Under the pieces are notes generated by a model, which did no database searches, had not been told where the DNA came from, and saw only the letters and a list, made by a program, of their open reading frames with translations. Made by a program: the position numbers and the translations under genes. A DNA stretch of 64,000 nt from Antedon mediterranea (Eukaryota; Animalia; Echinodermata): NCBI RefSeq assembly GCF_964355755.1, contig NC_092680.1, forward strand, positions 11,904,001 to 11,968,000. The letters run 5' to 3'. Below, one piece after another: positions 25,201-38,500 of the stretch (positions within the stretch are counted from its first letter, which is position 1; each line of letters starts with the position of its first letter).

Positions 25201-28200
25201 TTTCTAAGCACTTTGGTGTTTTTATGTTAACAAGTTTTTTCGAAAATCACAAAATGGTCTAAAACGTCTCCAAATGCGATTTGAAGATATTCTGAGCACT
25301 TTGGTGTTTTTATGTTAAAAAGTTTTTTCGAAAATCACAAAATGGTCTAAAACGTCTTCAAATGCGATTTGAAGCTATTCTGTACACTTTGATGTTTTGT
25401 GTGAAAAAGTTTTGTCGAAATGCTCATAATGGTCTAAAACGTTTTTAAATACGATATTAAGCTATTTTGTGATCTTTGATGTTTTTGTGTGAAAAGTTTT
25501 ATCAAAATGCTCAAAATGGTCTAAAACGGTTTCTAATGCGATTTGAAGCTATTCTGTACACTTTGAAGTTTTGTGTGAAAAAGTTTTCTCGAAATGCTCA
25601 AAATGGTCTAAAACGTTTTTATATACCATATTAAGCTATTCTGTACACTTTGATGTTTTGTGTGAAAAAGTTTTGTCAAAATGCTCAAAATGGTCTAAAA
25701 CGTTTTTAAAACGATATTAAGCTATTTTGTGCTCTTTGATGATTTTGTGTAACCAAGTTTCATCGAAATGTAAAAAATGGTCTAAAACGTCTCCAAATGC
25801 GATTTGAAGCTATTCTAAGTACTTTTGTGATTTTATGTTAACAAGTTTTTTCGAAAATCACAAAATGGTCTAAAACGTCTTCAAATGCGATTTGAAGCTA
25901 TTCTGTACACTTTGATGTTTTGTGTGAAAAAGTTTTGTCGAAATGCTCAAAATGGTCTAAAACGTTTTTAAAACGATATTAAGCTATTTTGTGCTCTTTG
26001 ATGTTTTTGTGTAACCAAGTTTCATCGAAAATCACAAAATGGTCTAAAACGTCTCCAAATGCGATTTGAAGCTTTTCTAAGCACTTTGGTGTTTTTATGT
26101 TAACAAGTTTTTTCGAAAATCACAAAATGGTCTAAAACGTCTCCAAATGCGATTTGAAGCTCTTCTGTACACTTTGATGTTTTGTGTGAAAAAGTTTTGT
26201 CGAAATTCTCAAAATGGTCTAAAACGTTTTTAAATACGATATTAAGCTGTTTTGTGCACTTTGATGATTTGTGTGAAAAGTTTTAACGAAATGCTCAAAA
26301 TGGTCTAAAACGGTTTCTAATGTGATTTTAAGCACTTTGATGTTTTTGTGTAACCAAGTTTTTTCGAAAATCACAAAATAGTCTAAAACGTCTCCAAATG
26401 CGATTTGAAGCTTTTCTAAGCACTTTGGTGTTTTTATGTTAACAAGTTTTTTCGAAAATCACAAAATGGTCTAAAACGTCTCCAAATGCGATTTGAGGAT
26501 ATTCTGAGCACTTTGGTGTTTTTTTGTTAAAAAGTTTTTTCGAAAATCACAAAATGGTCTAAAACGTCTCCAAATGCGATTTGAAGCTATTCTGTACACT
26601 TTGATGTTTTGTGTGAAAAAGTTTTGTCGAAATGCTCAAAATGGTCTAAAACGTTTTTAAATACGATATTAAGCTATTTTGTGATCTTTGATGTTTTTGT
26701 GTGAAAAGTTTTATCGAAATGCTCAAAATGGTCTAAAACGGTTTCTATTGTGATTTTAAGCACTTTGATGATTTTGTGTAACCAAGTTTCATCGAAATGT
26801 ACAAAATGGTCTAAAACGTCTCCAAATGCGATTTGAAGCTATTCTAAGTACTTTTGTGTTTTTATGTTAACAAGTTTTTTCGAAAATCACAAAATGGTCT
26901 AAAACGTCTTCAAATGCGATTTGAAGCTATTCTGTACACTTTGATGTTTTGTGTGAAAAAGTTTTGTCAAAATGCTCAAAATGGTCTAAAACGTTTTTAA
27001 AACGATATTAAGCTATTTTGAGCTCTTTGATGTTTTTGTGTAACCAAGTTTCATCGAAAATCACAAAATGGTCTAAAACGTCTCCAAATGCGATTTGAAG
27101 CTTTTCTAAGCACTTTGGTGTTTTTATGTTAACAAGTTTTTTCGAAAATCACAAAATGGTCTAAAACGTCTCCAAATGAGATTTGAAGCTCTTCTGTACA
27201 CTTTGAGGTTTTGTGTGAAAAAGTTTTGTCGAAATTCTCAAAATGGTCTAAAACGTTTTTAAATACGATATTAAGCTGTTTTGTGCACTTTGATGATTTG
27301 TGTGAAAAGTTTTAACGAAATGCTCAAAATGGTCAAAAACGGTTTCTAATGTGATTTTAAGCACTTTGATGTTTTTGTGTAACCAAGTTTTTTCGAAAAT
27401 CACAAAATGGTCTAAAACGTCTCCAAATGCGATTTGAAGCTTTTCTAAGCACTTTGGTGTTTTTATGTTAACAAGTTTTTTCGAAAATCACAAAATGGTC
27501 TAAAACGTCTCCAAATGCGATTTGAAGATATTCTGAGCACTTTGGTGTTTTTATGTTAAAAAGTTTTTTCGAAAATCACAAAATGGTCTAAAACGTCTTC
27601 AAATGCGATTTGAAGCTATTCTGTACACTTTGATGTTTTGTGTGAAAAAGTTTTGTCGAAATGCTCAAAATGGTCTAAAACGTTTTTAAATACGATATTA
27701 AGCTATTTTGTGATCTTTGATGTTTTTGTGTGAAAAGTTTTATCGAAATGCTCAAAATGGTCTAAAACGGTTTCTAATGCGATTTGAAGCTATTCTGTAC
27801 ACTTTGAAGTTTTGTGTGAAAAAGTTTTCTCGAAATGCTCAAAATGGTCTAAAACGTTTTTATATACCATATTAAGCTATTTTGTGCACTTTGATGTTTT
27901 TTGTGAAAAGTTTTATCGAAATGCTCAAAATGGTCTAAAACGGTTTCTATTGTGATTTTAAGCACTTTGATGATTTTGTGTAACCAAGTTTCATCGAAAT
28001 GTACAAAATGGTCTAAAACGTCTCCAAATGCGATTTGAAGCTATTCTAAGTACTTTTGTGTTTTTATGTTAACAAGTTTTTTCGAAAATCACAAAATGGT
28101 CTAAAACGTCTTCAAATGCGATTTGAAGCTATTCTGTACACTTTGATGTTTTGTGTGAAAAAGTTTTGTCGAAATGCTCAAAATGGTCTAAAACGTTTTT

Positions 28201-28744
28201 AAATACGATATTAAGCTATTTTGTGATCTTTGATGTTTTTGTGTGAAAAGTTTTATCGAAATGCTCAAAATGGTCTAAAACGGTTTCTATTGTGATTTTA
28301 AGCACTTTGATGATTTTGTGTAATCAAGTTTCATCGAAATGTACAAAATGGTCTAAAACGTCTCCAAATGCGATTTGAAGCTATTCTAAGTACTTTTGTG
28401 TTTTTATGTTAACAAGTTTTTTCGAAAATCACAAAATGGTCTAAAACGTCTTCAAATGCGATTTGAAGCTATTCTGTACACTTTGGTGTTTTTATGTTAA
28501 AAAGTTTTTTCGAAAATCACAAAATGGTCTAAAACGTCTCAAAATGCGATTTGAAGCTATTCTGTACACTTTGATGTTTTGTGTGAAAAAGTTTTGTCGA
28601 AATGCTCAAAATGGTCTAAAACGTTTTTTAAAACGATATTAAGCTATTTTGTGCTCTTTGATGTTTTTGTTTAACCAAGTTTCATCGAAAATCACAAAAT
28701 GGTCTAAAACGTTTCCAAATGCGATTTGAAGCTATTCTGTACAC

Positions 28745-30140
28745 TTTGATGTTTTGTGTGAAAAAGTTTTGTCGAAATGCTCAAAATGGTCTAAAACGTT
28801 TTTAAATACGATATTAAGCTATTTTGTGATCTTTGATGTTTTTGTGTGAAAAGTTTTATCAAAATGCTCAAAATGGTCTGAAACGGTTTCTAATGCGATT
28901 TGAAGCTATTCTCTACACTTTGAAGTTTTGTGTGAAAAAGTTTTCTCGAAATGCTCAAAATGGTCTAAAACGTTTTTATATACCATATTAAGCTATTTTG
29001 TGCACTTTGATGTTTTTTGTGAAAAGTTTTATCGAAATGCTCAAAATGGTCTAAAACGGTTTCTATTGGGATTTTAAGCACTTTGATGATTTTGTGTAAC
29101 CAAGTTTCATCGAAATGTACAAAATGGTCTAAAACGTCTCCAAATGCGATTTGAAGCTATTCTAAGTACTTTTGTGTTTTTATGTTAACAAGTTTTTTCG
29201 AAAATCACAAAATGGTCTAAAACGTCTTCAAATGCGATTTGAAGCTATTCTGTACACTTTTATGTTTTGTGTGAAAAAGTTTTGTCGAAATTCTCAAAAT
29301 GGTCTAAAACGTTTTTAAATACGATATTAAGCTGTTTTGTGCACTTTGATGATTTTTGTGAAAAGTTTTAACGAAATGCTCAAAATGGTCAAAAACGGTT
29401 TCTAATGTGATTTTAAGCACTTTGATGTTTTTGTGTAACCAAGTTTTCAAAAATCACAAAATGGTCTAAAACGTCTCCAAATGCGATTTGAAGATATTCT
29501 GAGCACTTTGGTGTTTTTATGTTAAAAAGTTTTTTCGAAAATCACAAAATAGTCTAAAACGTCTCCAAATGCGATTTGAAGCTATTCTATACACTTTGAT
29601 GTTTTGTGTGAAAAAGTTTTGTCGAAATGCTCAAAATGGTCTAAAACGTTTTTAAAACGATATTAAGCTATTTTGTGCTCTTTGATGTTTTTGTGTAACC
29701 AAGTTTCATCGAAAATCACAAAATGGTCTAAAACGTCTCCAAATGCGATTTGAAGCTTTTCCAAGCACTTTGCTGTTTTTATGTTAACAAGTTTTTTCGA
29801 AAATCACAAAATGGTCTAAAACGTCTCCAAATGCGATTTGAAGCTCTTCTGTACACTTTGATGTTTTGTGTGAAAAAGTTTTGTCGAAATGCTCAAAATG
29901 GTCTAAAACGTTTTTAAATACGATATTAAGCTGTTTTGTGCACTTTGATGATTTGTGTGAAAAGTTTTAACGAAATGCTCAAAATGGTCTAAAACGGTTT
30001 CTAATGTGATTTTAAGCACTTTGATGTTTTTGTGTAACCAAGTTTTTTCGAAAATCACAAAATAGTCTAAAACGTCTCCAAATGCGATTTGAAGCTTTTC
30101 TAAGCACTTTGGTGTTTTTATGTTAACAAGTTTTTTCGAA
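28745..30140. repeat. Distant ~1.4 kb copy of ~420-1815 (offset 28324 bp)
   Basis: ATTGGGATTT 741/29065 and CACTTTTATG 931/29255. The shortened CCAAGTTTTCAAAAATCAC and the same monomer order (F directly followed by D) occur in both. Confidence 0.85.
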
Positions 30141-31519
30141 AATCACAAAATGGTCTAAAACGTCTCCAAATGCGATTTGAGGATATTCTGAGCACTTTGG
30201 TGTTTTTTTGTTAAAAAGTTTTTTCGAAAATCACAAAATGGTCTAAAACGTCTCCAAATGCGATTTGAAGCTATTCTGTACACTTTGATGTTTTGTGTGA
30301 AAAAGTTTTGTCGAAATGCTCAAAATGGTCTAAAACGTTTTTAAATACGATATTAAGCTATTTTGTGATCTTTGATGTTTTTGTGTGAAAAGTTTTATCG
30401 AAATGCTCAAAATGGTCTAAAACGGTTTCTATTGTGATTTTAAGCACTTTGATGATTTTGTGTAACCAAGTTTCATCGAAATGTACAAAATGGTCTAAAA
30501 CGTCTCCAAATGCGATTTGAAGCTATTCTAAGTACTTTTGTGTTTTTATGTTAACAAGTTTTTTCGAAAATCACAAAATGGTCTAAAACGTCTTCAAATG
30601 CGATTTGAAGCTATTCTGTACACTTTGATGTTTTGTGTGAAAAAGTTTTGTCAAAATGCTCAAAATGGTCTAAAACGTTTTTAAAACGATATTAAGCTAT
30701 TTTGTGGTCTTTGATGTTTTTGTGTAACCAAGTTTCATCGAAAATCACAAAATGGTCTAAAACGTCTCCAAATGCGATTTTAAGCTTTTCTAAGCACTTT
30801 GGTGTTTTTATGTTAACAAGTTTTTTCGAAAATCACAAAATAGTCTAAAACGTCTCCAAATGCGATTTGAAGCTCTTCTGTACACTTTGATGTTTTGTGT
30901 GAAAAAGTTTTGTCGAAATTCTCAAAATGGTCTAAAACGTTTTTAAATACGATATTAAGCTGTTTTGTGCACTTTGATGATTTGTGTGAAAAGTTTTAAC
31001 GAAATGCTCAAAATGGTCAAAAACGGTTTCTAATGTGATTTTAAGCACTTTGATGTTTTTGTGTAACCAAGTTTTTTCGAAAATCACAAAATGGTCTAAA
31101 ACGTCTCCAAATGCGATTTGAAGCTCTTCTGTACACTTTGATGTTTTGTGTGAAAAAGTTTTGTCGAAATGCTCAAAATGGTCTAAAACGTTTTTAAATA
31201 CGATATTAAGCTGTTTTGTGCACTTTGATGATTTGTGTGAAAAGTTTTAACGAAATGCTCAAAATGGTCTAAAACGGTTTCTAATGTGATTTTAAGCACT
31301 TTGATGTTTTTGTGTAACCAAGTTTTTTCGAAAATCACAAAATAGTCTAAAACGTCTCCAAATGCGATTTGAAGCTTTTCTAAGCACTTTGGTGTTTTTA
31401 TGTTAACAAGTTTTTTCGAAAATCACAAAATGGTCTAAAACGTCTCCAAATGCGATTTGAGGATATTCTGAGCACTTTGGTGTTTTTTTGTTAAAAAGTT
31501 TTTTCGAAAATCACAAAAT

Positions 31520-32540
31520 GGTCTAAAACGTCTCCAAATGCGATTTGAAGCTATTCTGTACACTTTGATGTTTTGTGTGAAAAAGTTTTGTCGAAATGCT
31601 CAAAATGGTCTAAAACGTTTTTAAATACGATATTAAGCTATTTTGTGATCTTTGATGTTTTTGTGTGAAAAGTTTTATCGAAATGCTCAAAATGGTCTAA
31701 AACGGTTTCTATTGTGATTTTAAGCACTTTGATGATTTTGTGTAACCAAGTTTCATCGAAATGTACAAAATGGTCTAAAACGTCTCCAAATGTGATTTGA
31801 AGCTATTCTAAGTACTTTTGTGTTTTTATGTTAACAAGTTTTTTCGAAAATCACAAAATGGTCTAAAACGTCTTTAAATGCGATTTGAAGCTATTCTGTA
31901 CACTTTGATGTTTTGTGTGAAAAAGTTTTGTCGAAATGCTCAAAATGGTCTAAAACGTTTTTAAATACGATATTAAGCTATTTTGTGATCTTTGATGTTT
32001 TTGTGTGAAAAGTTTTATCGAAATGCTCAAAATGGTCTAAAACGGTTTCTATTGTGATTTTAAGCACTTTGATGATTTTGTGTAACCAAGTTTCATCGAA
32101 ATGTACAAAATGGTCTAAAACGTCTCCAAATGCGATTTGAAGCTATTCTAAGTACTTTTGTGTTTTTATGTTAACAAGTTTTTTCGAAAATCACAAAATG
32201 GTCTAAAACGTTTTCAAATGCGATTTGAAGCTATTCTGTACACTTTGATGTTTTGTGTAAAAAAGTTTTGTCGAAATGCTCAAAATGGTCTAAAACGTTT
32301 TTAAATACGATATTAAGCTATTTTGTGATCTTTGATGTTTTTGTGTGAAAAGTTTTATCGAAATGCTCAAAATGGTCTAAAACGGTTTCTATTGTGATTT
32401 TAAGCACTTTGATGATTTTGTGTAACCAAGTTTCATCGAAATGTACAAAATGGTCTAAAACGTCTCCAAATGTGATTTGAAGCTATTCTAAGTACTTTTG
32501 TGTTTTTATATTAACAAGTTTTTTCGAAAATCACAAAATG
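31520..32540. repeat. 340 bp tetramer (A-G-J-K) in 3 tandem copies
   Basis: ATGTACAAAA occurs at 31761, 32101 and 32441, and 87+87+78+88=340. The same tetramer loop also appears near 7.4-8.1 kb, 33.3-34.0 kb and 38.7-39.3 kb. Confidence 0.88.
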
Positions 32541-35500
32541 GTCTAAAACGTCTTCAAATGCGATTTGAAGCTATTCTGTACACTTTGATGTTTTGTGTGA
32601 AAAAGTTTTGTCGAAATGCTCAAAATGGTCTAAAACGTTTTTAAATACGATATTAAGCTATTTTGTGATCTTTGATGTTTTTGTGTGAAAAGTTTTATCG
32701 AAATGCTCAAAATGGTCTAAAACGGTTTCTAATGCGATTTGAAGCTATTCTGTACACTTTGAAGTTTTGTGTGAAAAAGTTTTCTCGAAATGCTCAAAAT
32801 GGTCTAAAACGTTTTTATATACCATATTAAGCTATTTTGTGCACTTTGATGTTTTTTGTGAAAAGTTTTATCGAAATGCTCAAAATGGTCTAAAACGGTT
32901 TCTATTGTGATTTTAAGCACTTTGATGATTTTGTGTAACCAAGTTTCATCGAAATGTACAAAATGGTCTAAAACGTCTCCAAATGCGATTTGAAGCTATT
33001 CTAAGTACTTTTGTGTTTTTATGTTAACAAGTTTTTTCGAAAATCACAAAATGGTCTAAAACGTCTTCAAATGCGATTTGAAGCTATTCTGTACACTTTG
33101 ATGTTTTGTGTGAAAAAGTTTTGTCGAAATGCTCAAAATGGTCTAAAACGTTTTTAAAACGATATTAAGCTATTTTGTGCTCTTTGATGTTTTTGTGTAA
33201 CCAAGTTTCATCGAAATCAACAAAATGGTCTAATACGTCTCCAAATGCGATTTGAAGCTTTTCCAAGCACTTTGCTGTTTTTATGTTAACAAGTCTTTTC
33301 GAAAATCACAAAATGGTCTAAAACGTCTTCAAATGCGATTTGAAGCTATTCTGTACACTTTGATGTTTTTTGTGAAAAAGTTTTGTCGAAATGCTCAAAA
33401 TGGTCTAAAACGTTTTTAAATACGATATTAAGCTATTTTGTGATCTTTGATGTTTTTGTGTGAAAAGTTTTATCGAAATGCTCAAAATGGTCTAAAACGG
33501 TTTCTATTGTGATTTTAAGCACTTTGATGATTTTGTGTAACCAAGTTTCATCGAAATGTACAAAATGGTCTAAAACGTCTCCAAATGCGATTTGAAGCTA
33601 TTCTAAGTACTTTTGTGTTTTTATGTTAACAAGTTTTTTCGAAAATCACAAAATGGTCTAAAACGTCTTCAAATGCGATTTGAAGCTATTCTGTACACTT
33701 TGATGTTTTGTGTAAAAAAGTTTTGTCGAAATGCTCAAAATGGTCTAAAACGTTTTTAAATACGATATTAAGCTATTTTGTGATCTTTGATGTTTTTGTG
33801 TGAAAAGTTTTATCGAAATGCTCAAAATGGTCTAAAACGGTTTCTATTGTGATTTTAAGCACTTTGATGATTTTGTGTAACCAAGTTTCATCGAAATGTA
33901 CAAAATGGTCTAAAACGTCTCCAAATGTGATTTGAAGCTATTCTAAGTACTTTTGTGTTTTTATGTTAACAAGTTTTTTCGAAAATCACAAAATGGTCTA
34001 AAACGTCTTCAAATGCGATTTGAAGCTATTCTGTACACTTTGATGTTTTGTGTGAAAAAGTTTTGTCAAAATGCTCAAAATGGTCTAAAACGTTTTAAAA
34101 ACGATAATAAGCTATTTTGTGCTCTTTGATGTTTTTGTTTAACCAAGTTTCATCGAAAATCACAAAATGGTCTAAAACGTCTCCAAATGCGATTTGAAGC
34201 TTTTCTAAGCACTTTGGTGTTTTTATGTTAACAAGTTTTTTCGAAAATCACAAAATGGTCTAAAACGTCTCCAAATGCGATTTGAAGCTCTTCTGTACAC
34301 TTTGATGTTTTGTGTGAAAAAGTTTTGTCGAAATTCTCAAAATGGTCTAAAACGTTTTTAAATACGATATTAAGCTGTTTTGTGCACTTTGATGATTTGT
34401 GTGAAAAGTTTTAACGAAATGCTCAAAATGGTCAAAAACGGTTTCTAATGTGATTTTAAGCACTTTGATGTTTTTGTGTAACCAAGTTTTTTCGAAAATC
34501 ACAAATTGGTCTAAAACGTCTCCAAATGCGATTTGAAGCTTTTCTAAGCACTTTGGTGTTTTTATGTTAACAAGTTTTTTCGAAAATCACAAAATGGTCT
34601 AAAACGTCTCCAAATGCGATTTGAAGATATTCTGAGCACTTTGGTGTTTTTATGTTAAAAAGTTTTTTCGAAAATCACAAAATAGTCTAAAACGTCTCCA
34701 AATGCGATTTGAAGCTATTCTGTACACTTTGATGTTTTGTGTGAACAAGTTTTGTCGAAATGCTCAAAATGGTCTAAAACGTTTTTAAAACGATATTAAG
34801 CTATTTTGTGCTCTTTGATATTTTTGTGTAACCAAGTTTCATCGAAAATCACAAAATGGTCTAAAACGTCTCCAAATGCGATTTGAAGCTTTTCTAAGCA
34901 CTTTGGTGTTTTTATGTTAACAAGTTTTTTCGAAAATCACGAAATGGTCTAAAATGTCTCCAAATGCGATTTGAAGATATTCTGAGCACTTTGGTGTTTT
35001 TATGTTAAAACGTTTTTTCGAAAATCACAAAATGGTCTAAAACGTCTCCAAATGCGATTTGAAGCTCTTCTGTACACTTTGATGTTTTGTGTGAAAAAGT
35101 TTTGTCGAAATGCTCAAAATGGTCTAAAACGTTTTTAAATTCGATATTAAGCTGTTTTGTGCAGTTTGATGATTTGTGTGAAAAGTTTTAACGAAATGCT
35201 CAAAATGGTCTAAAACGGTTTCTAATGTGATTTTAAGCACTTTGATGTTTTTGTGTAACCAAGTTTTTTCGAAAATCACGAAATGGTCTAAAACGTCTCC
35301 AAATGCGATTTGAAGCTTTTCTAAGCACTTTGGTGTTTTTATGTTAACAAGTTTTTTCGAAAATCACAAAATGGTCTAAAACGTCTCCAAATGCGATTTG
35401 AGGATATTCTGAGCACTTTGGTGTTTTTATGTTAAAAAGTTTTTTCGAAAATCACAAAATGGTCTAAAACGTCTTCAAATGCGATTTGAAGCTATTCTGT

Positions 35501-38500
35501 ACACTTTGATGTTTTGTGTGAAAAAGTTTTGTCAAAATGCTCAAAATGGTCTAAAACGTTTTTAAAACGATATTAAGCTATTTTGTGCTCTTTGATATTT
35601 TTGTGTAACCAAGTTTCATCGAAAATCACAAAATGGTCTAAAACGTCTCCAAATGCGATTTGAAGCTTTTCTAAGCACTTTGGTGTTTTTATGTTAACAA
35701 GTTTTTTCGAAAATCACGAAATGGTCTAAAATGTCTCCAAATGCGATTTGAAGATATTCTGAGCACTTTGGTGTTTTTATGTTAAAACGTTTTTTCGAAA
35801 ATCACAAAATGGTCTAAAACGTCTCCAAATGCGATTTGAAGCTCTTCTGTACACTTTGATGTTTTGTGTGAAAAAGTTTTGTCGAAATGCTCAAAATGGT
35901 CTAAAACGTTTTTAAATTCGATATTAAGCTGTTTTGTGCAGTTTGATGATTTGTGTGAAAAGTTTTAACGAAATGCTCAAAATGGTCTAAAACGGTTTCT
36001 AATGTGATTTTAAGCACTTTGATGTTTTTGTGTAACCAAGTTTTTTCGAAAATCACAAAATGGTCTAAAACGTCTCCAAATGCGATTTGAAGCTTTTCTA
36101 AGCACTTTGGTGTTTTTATGTTAACAAGTTTTTTCGAAAATCACAAAATGGTCTAAAACGTCTCCAAATGCGATTTGAGGATATTCTGAGCACTTTGGTG
36201 TTTTTATGTTAAAAAGTTTTTTCGAAAATCACAAAATGGTCTAAAACGTCTTCAAATGCGATTTGAAGCTATTCTGTACACTTTGATGTTTTGTGTGAAA
36301 AAGTTTTGTCAAAATGCTCAAAATGGTCTAAAACGTTTTAAAAACGATATTAAGCTATTTTGTGCTCTTTGATGTTTTTGTTTAACCAAGTTTCATCGAA
36401 AATCACAAAATGGTCTAAAACGTCTCCAAATGCGATTTGAAGCTTTTCTAAGCACTTTGGTGTTTTTATGTTAACAAGTTTTTTCGAAAATCACAAAATG
36501 GTCTAAAACGTCTCCAAATGCGATTTGAAGCTATTCTAAGTACTTTTGTGTTTTTATGTTAACAAGTTTTTTCGAAAATCACAAAATGGTCTAAAACGTC
36601 TTCAAATGCGATTTGAAGCTATTCTGTACACTTTGATGTTTTGTGTGAAAAAGTTTTGTCGAAATGCTCAAAATGGTCTAAAACGTTTTTAAAACGATAT
36701 TAAGCTATTTTGTGCTCTTTGATGTTTTTGTGTAACCAAGTTTCATCGAAATCAACAAAATGGTCTAATACGTCTCCAAATGCGATTTGAAGCTTTTCCA
36801 AGCACTTTGCTGTTTTTATGTTAACAAGTTTTTTCGAAAATCACAAAATGGTCTAAAACGTCTTCAAATGCGATTTGAAGCTATTCTGTACACTTTGATG
36901 TTTTGTGTGAAAAAGTTTTGTCGAAATGCTCAAAATGGTCTAAAACGTTTTTAAATACGATATTAAGCTATTTTGTGATCTGTGATGTTTTTGTGTGAAA
37001 AGTTTTATCGAAATGCTCAAAATGTTCTAAAACGGTTTCTAATGCGATTTGAAGCTATTCTGTACACTTTGAAGTTTTTTGTGAAAAAGTTTTCTCGAAA
37101 TGCTCAAAATGGTCTAAAACGTTTTTATATACCATATTAAGCTATTTTGTGCACTTTGATGTTTTTTCTTGAAAAGTTTTATCGAAATGCTCAAAATGGT
37201 CTAAAACGGTTTCTATTGTGATTTTAAGCACTTTGATGATTTTGTGTAACCAAGTTTCATCGAAATGTACAAAATGGTCTAAAACGTCTCCAAATGCGAT
37301 TTGAAGCTATTCTAAGTACTTTTGTGTTTTTATGTTAACAAGTTTTTTCGAAAATCACAAAATGGTCTAAAACGTCTTCAAATGCGATTTGAAGCTATTC
37401 TGTACACTTTGATGTTTTGTGTGAAAAAGTTTTGTCGAAATGCTCAAAATGGTCTAAAACGTTTTTAAATACGATATTAAGCTATTTTGTGATCTTTTAT
37501 GTTTTTGTGTGAAAAGTTTTATCGAAATGCTCAAAATGGTCAGAAACGGTTTCTAATGCGATTTGAAGCTATTCTGTACACTTTGAAGTTTTGTGTGAAA
37601 AAGTTTTCTCGAAATGCTCAAAATGGTCTAAAACGTTTTTATATACCATATTAAGCTATTTTGTGCACTTTGATGTTTTTTGTGAAAAGTTTTATCGAAA
37701 TGCTCAAAATGGTCTAAAACGGTTTCTATTGTGATTTGAAGCACTTTGATGATTTTTTGTAACCAAGTTTCATCGAAATGTACAAAATGGTCTAAAACGT
37801 CTCCAAATGCGATTTGAAGCTATTCTAAGTACTTTTGTGTTTTTATGTTAACAAGTTTTTTCGAAAATCACAAAATGGTCTAAAACGTCTTCAAATGCGA
37901 TTTGAAGCTATTCTGTACACTTTGATGTTTTGTGTGAAAAAGTTTTGTCGAAATGCTCAAAATGGTCTAAAACGTTTTTAAATACGATATTAAGCTATTT
38001 TGTGATCTTTGATGTTTTTGTGTGAAAAGTTTTATCGAAATGCTCAAAATGGTCTAAAACGGTTTCTAATGCGATTTGAAGCTATTCTGTACACTTTGAA
38101 GTTTTGTGTGAAAAAGTTTTCTCGAAATGCTCAAAATGGTCTAAAACGTTTTTATATACCATATTAAGCTATTTTGTGCACTTTGATGTTTTTTGTGAAA
38201 AGTTTTATCGAAATGCTCAAAATGGTCTAAAACGGTTTCTATTGTGATTTTAAGCACTTTGATGATTTTGTGTAACCAAGTTTCATCGAAATGTACAAAA
38301 TGGTCTAAAACGTCTCCAAATGCGATTTGAAGCTATTCTAAGTACTTTTGTGTTTTTATGTTAACAAGTTTTTTCGAAAATCACAAAATGGTCTAAAACG
38401 TCTTCAAATGCGATTTGAAGCTATTCTGTACACTTTGATGTTTTGTGTGAAAAAGTTTTGTCGAAATGCTCAAAATGGTCTAAAACGTTTTTAAAACGAT

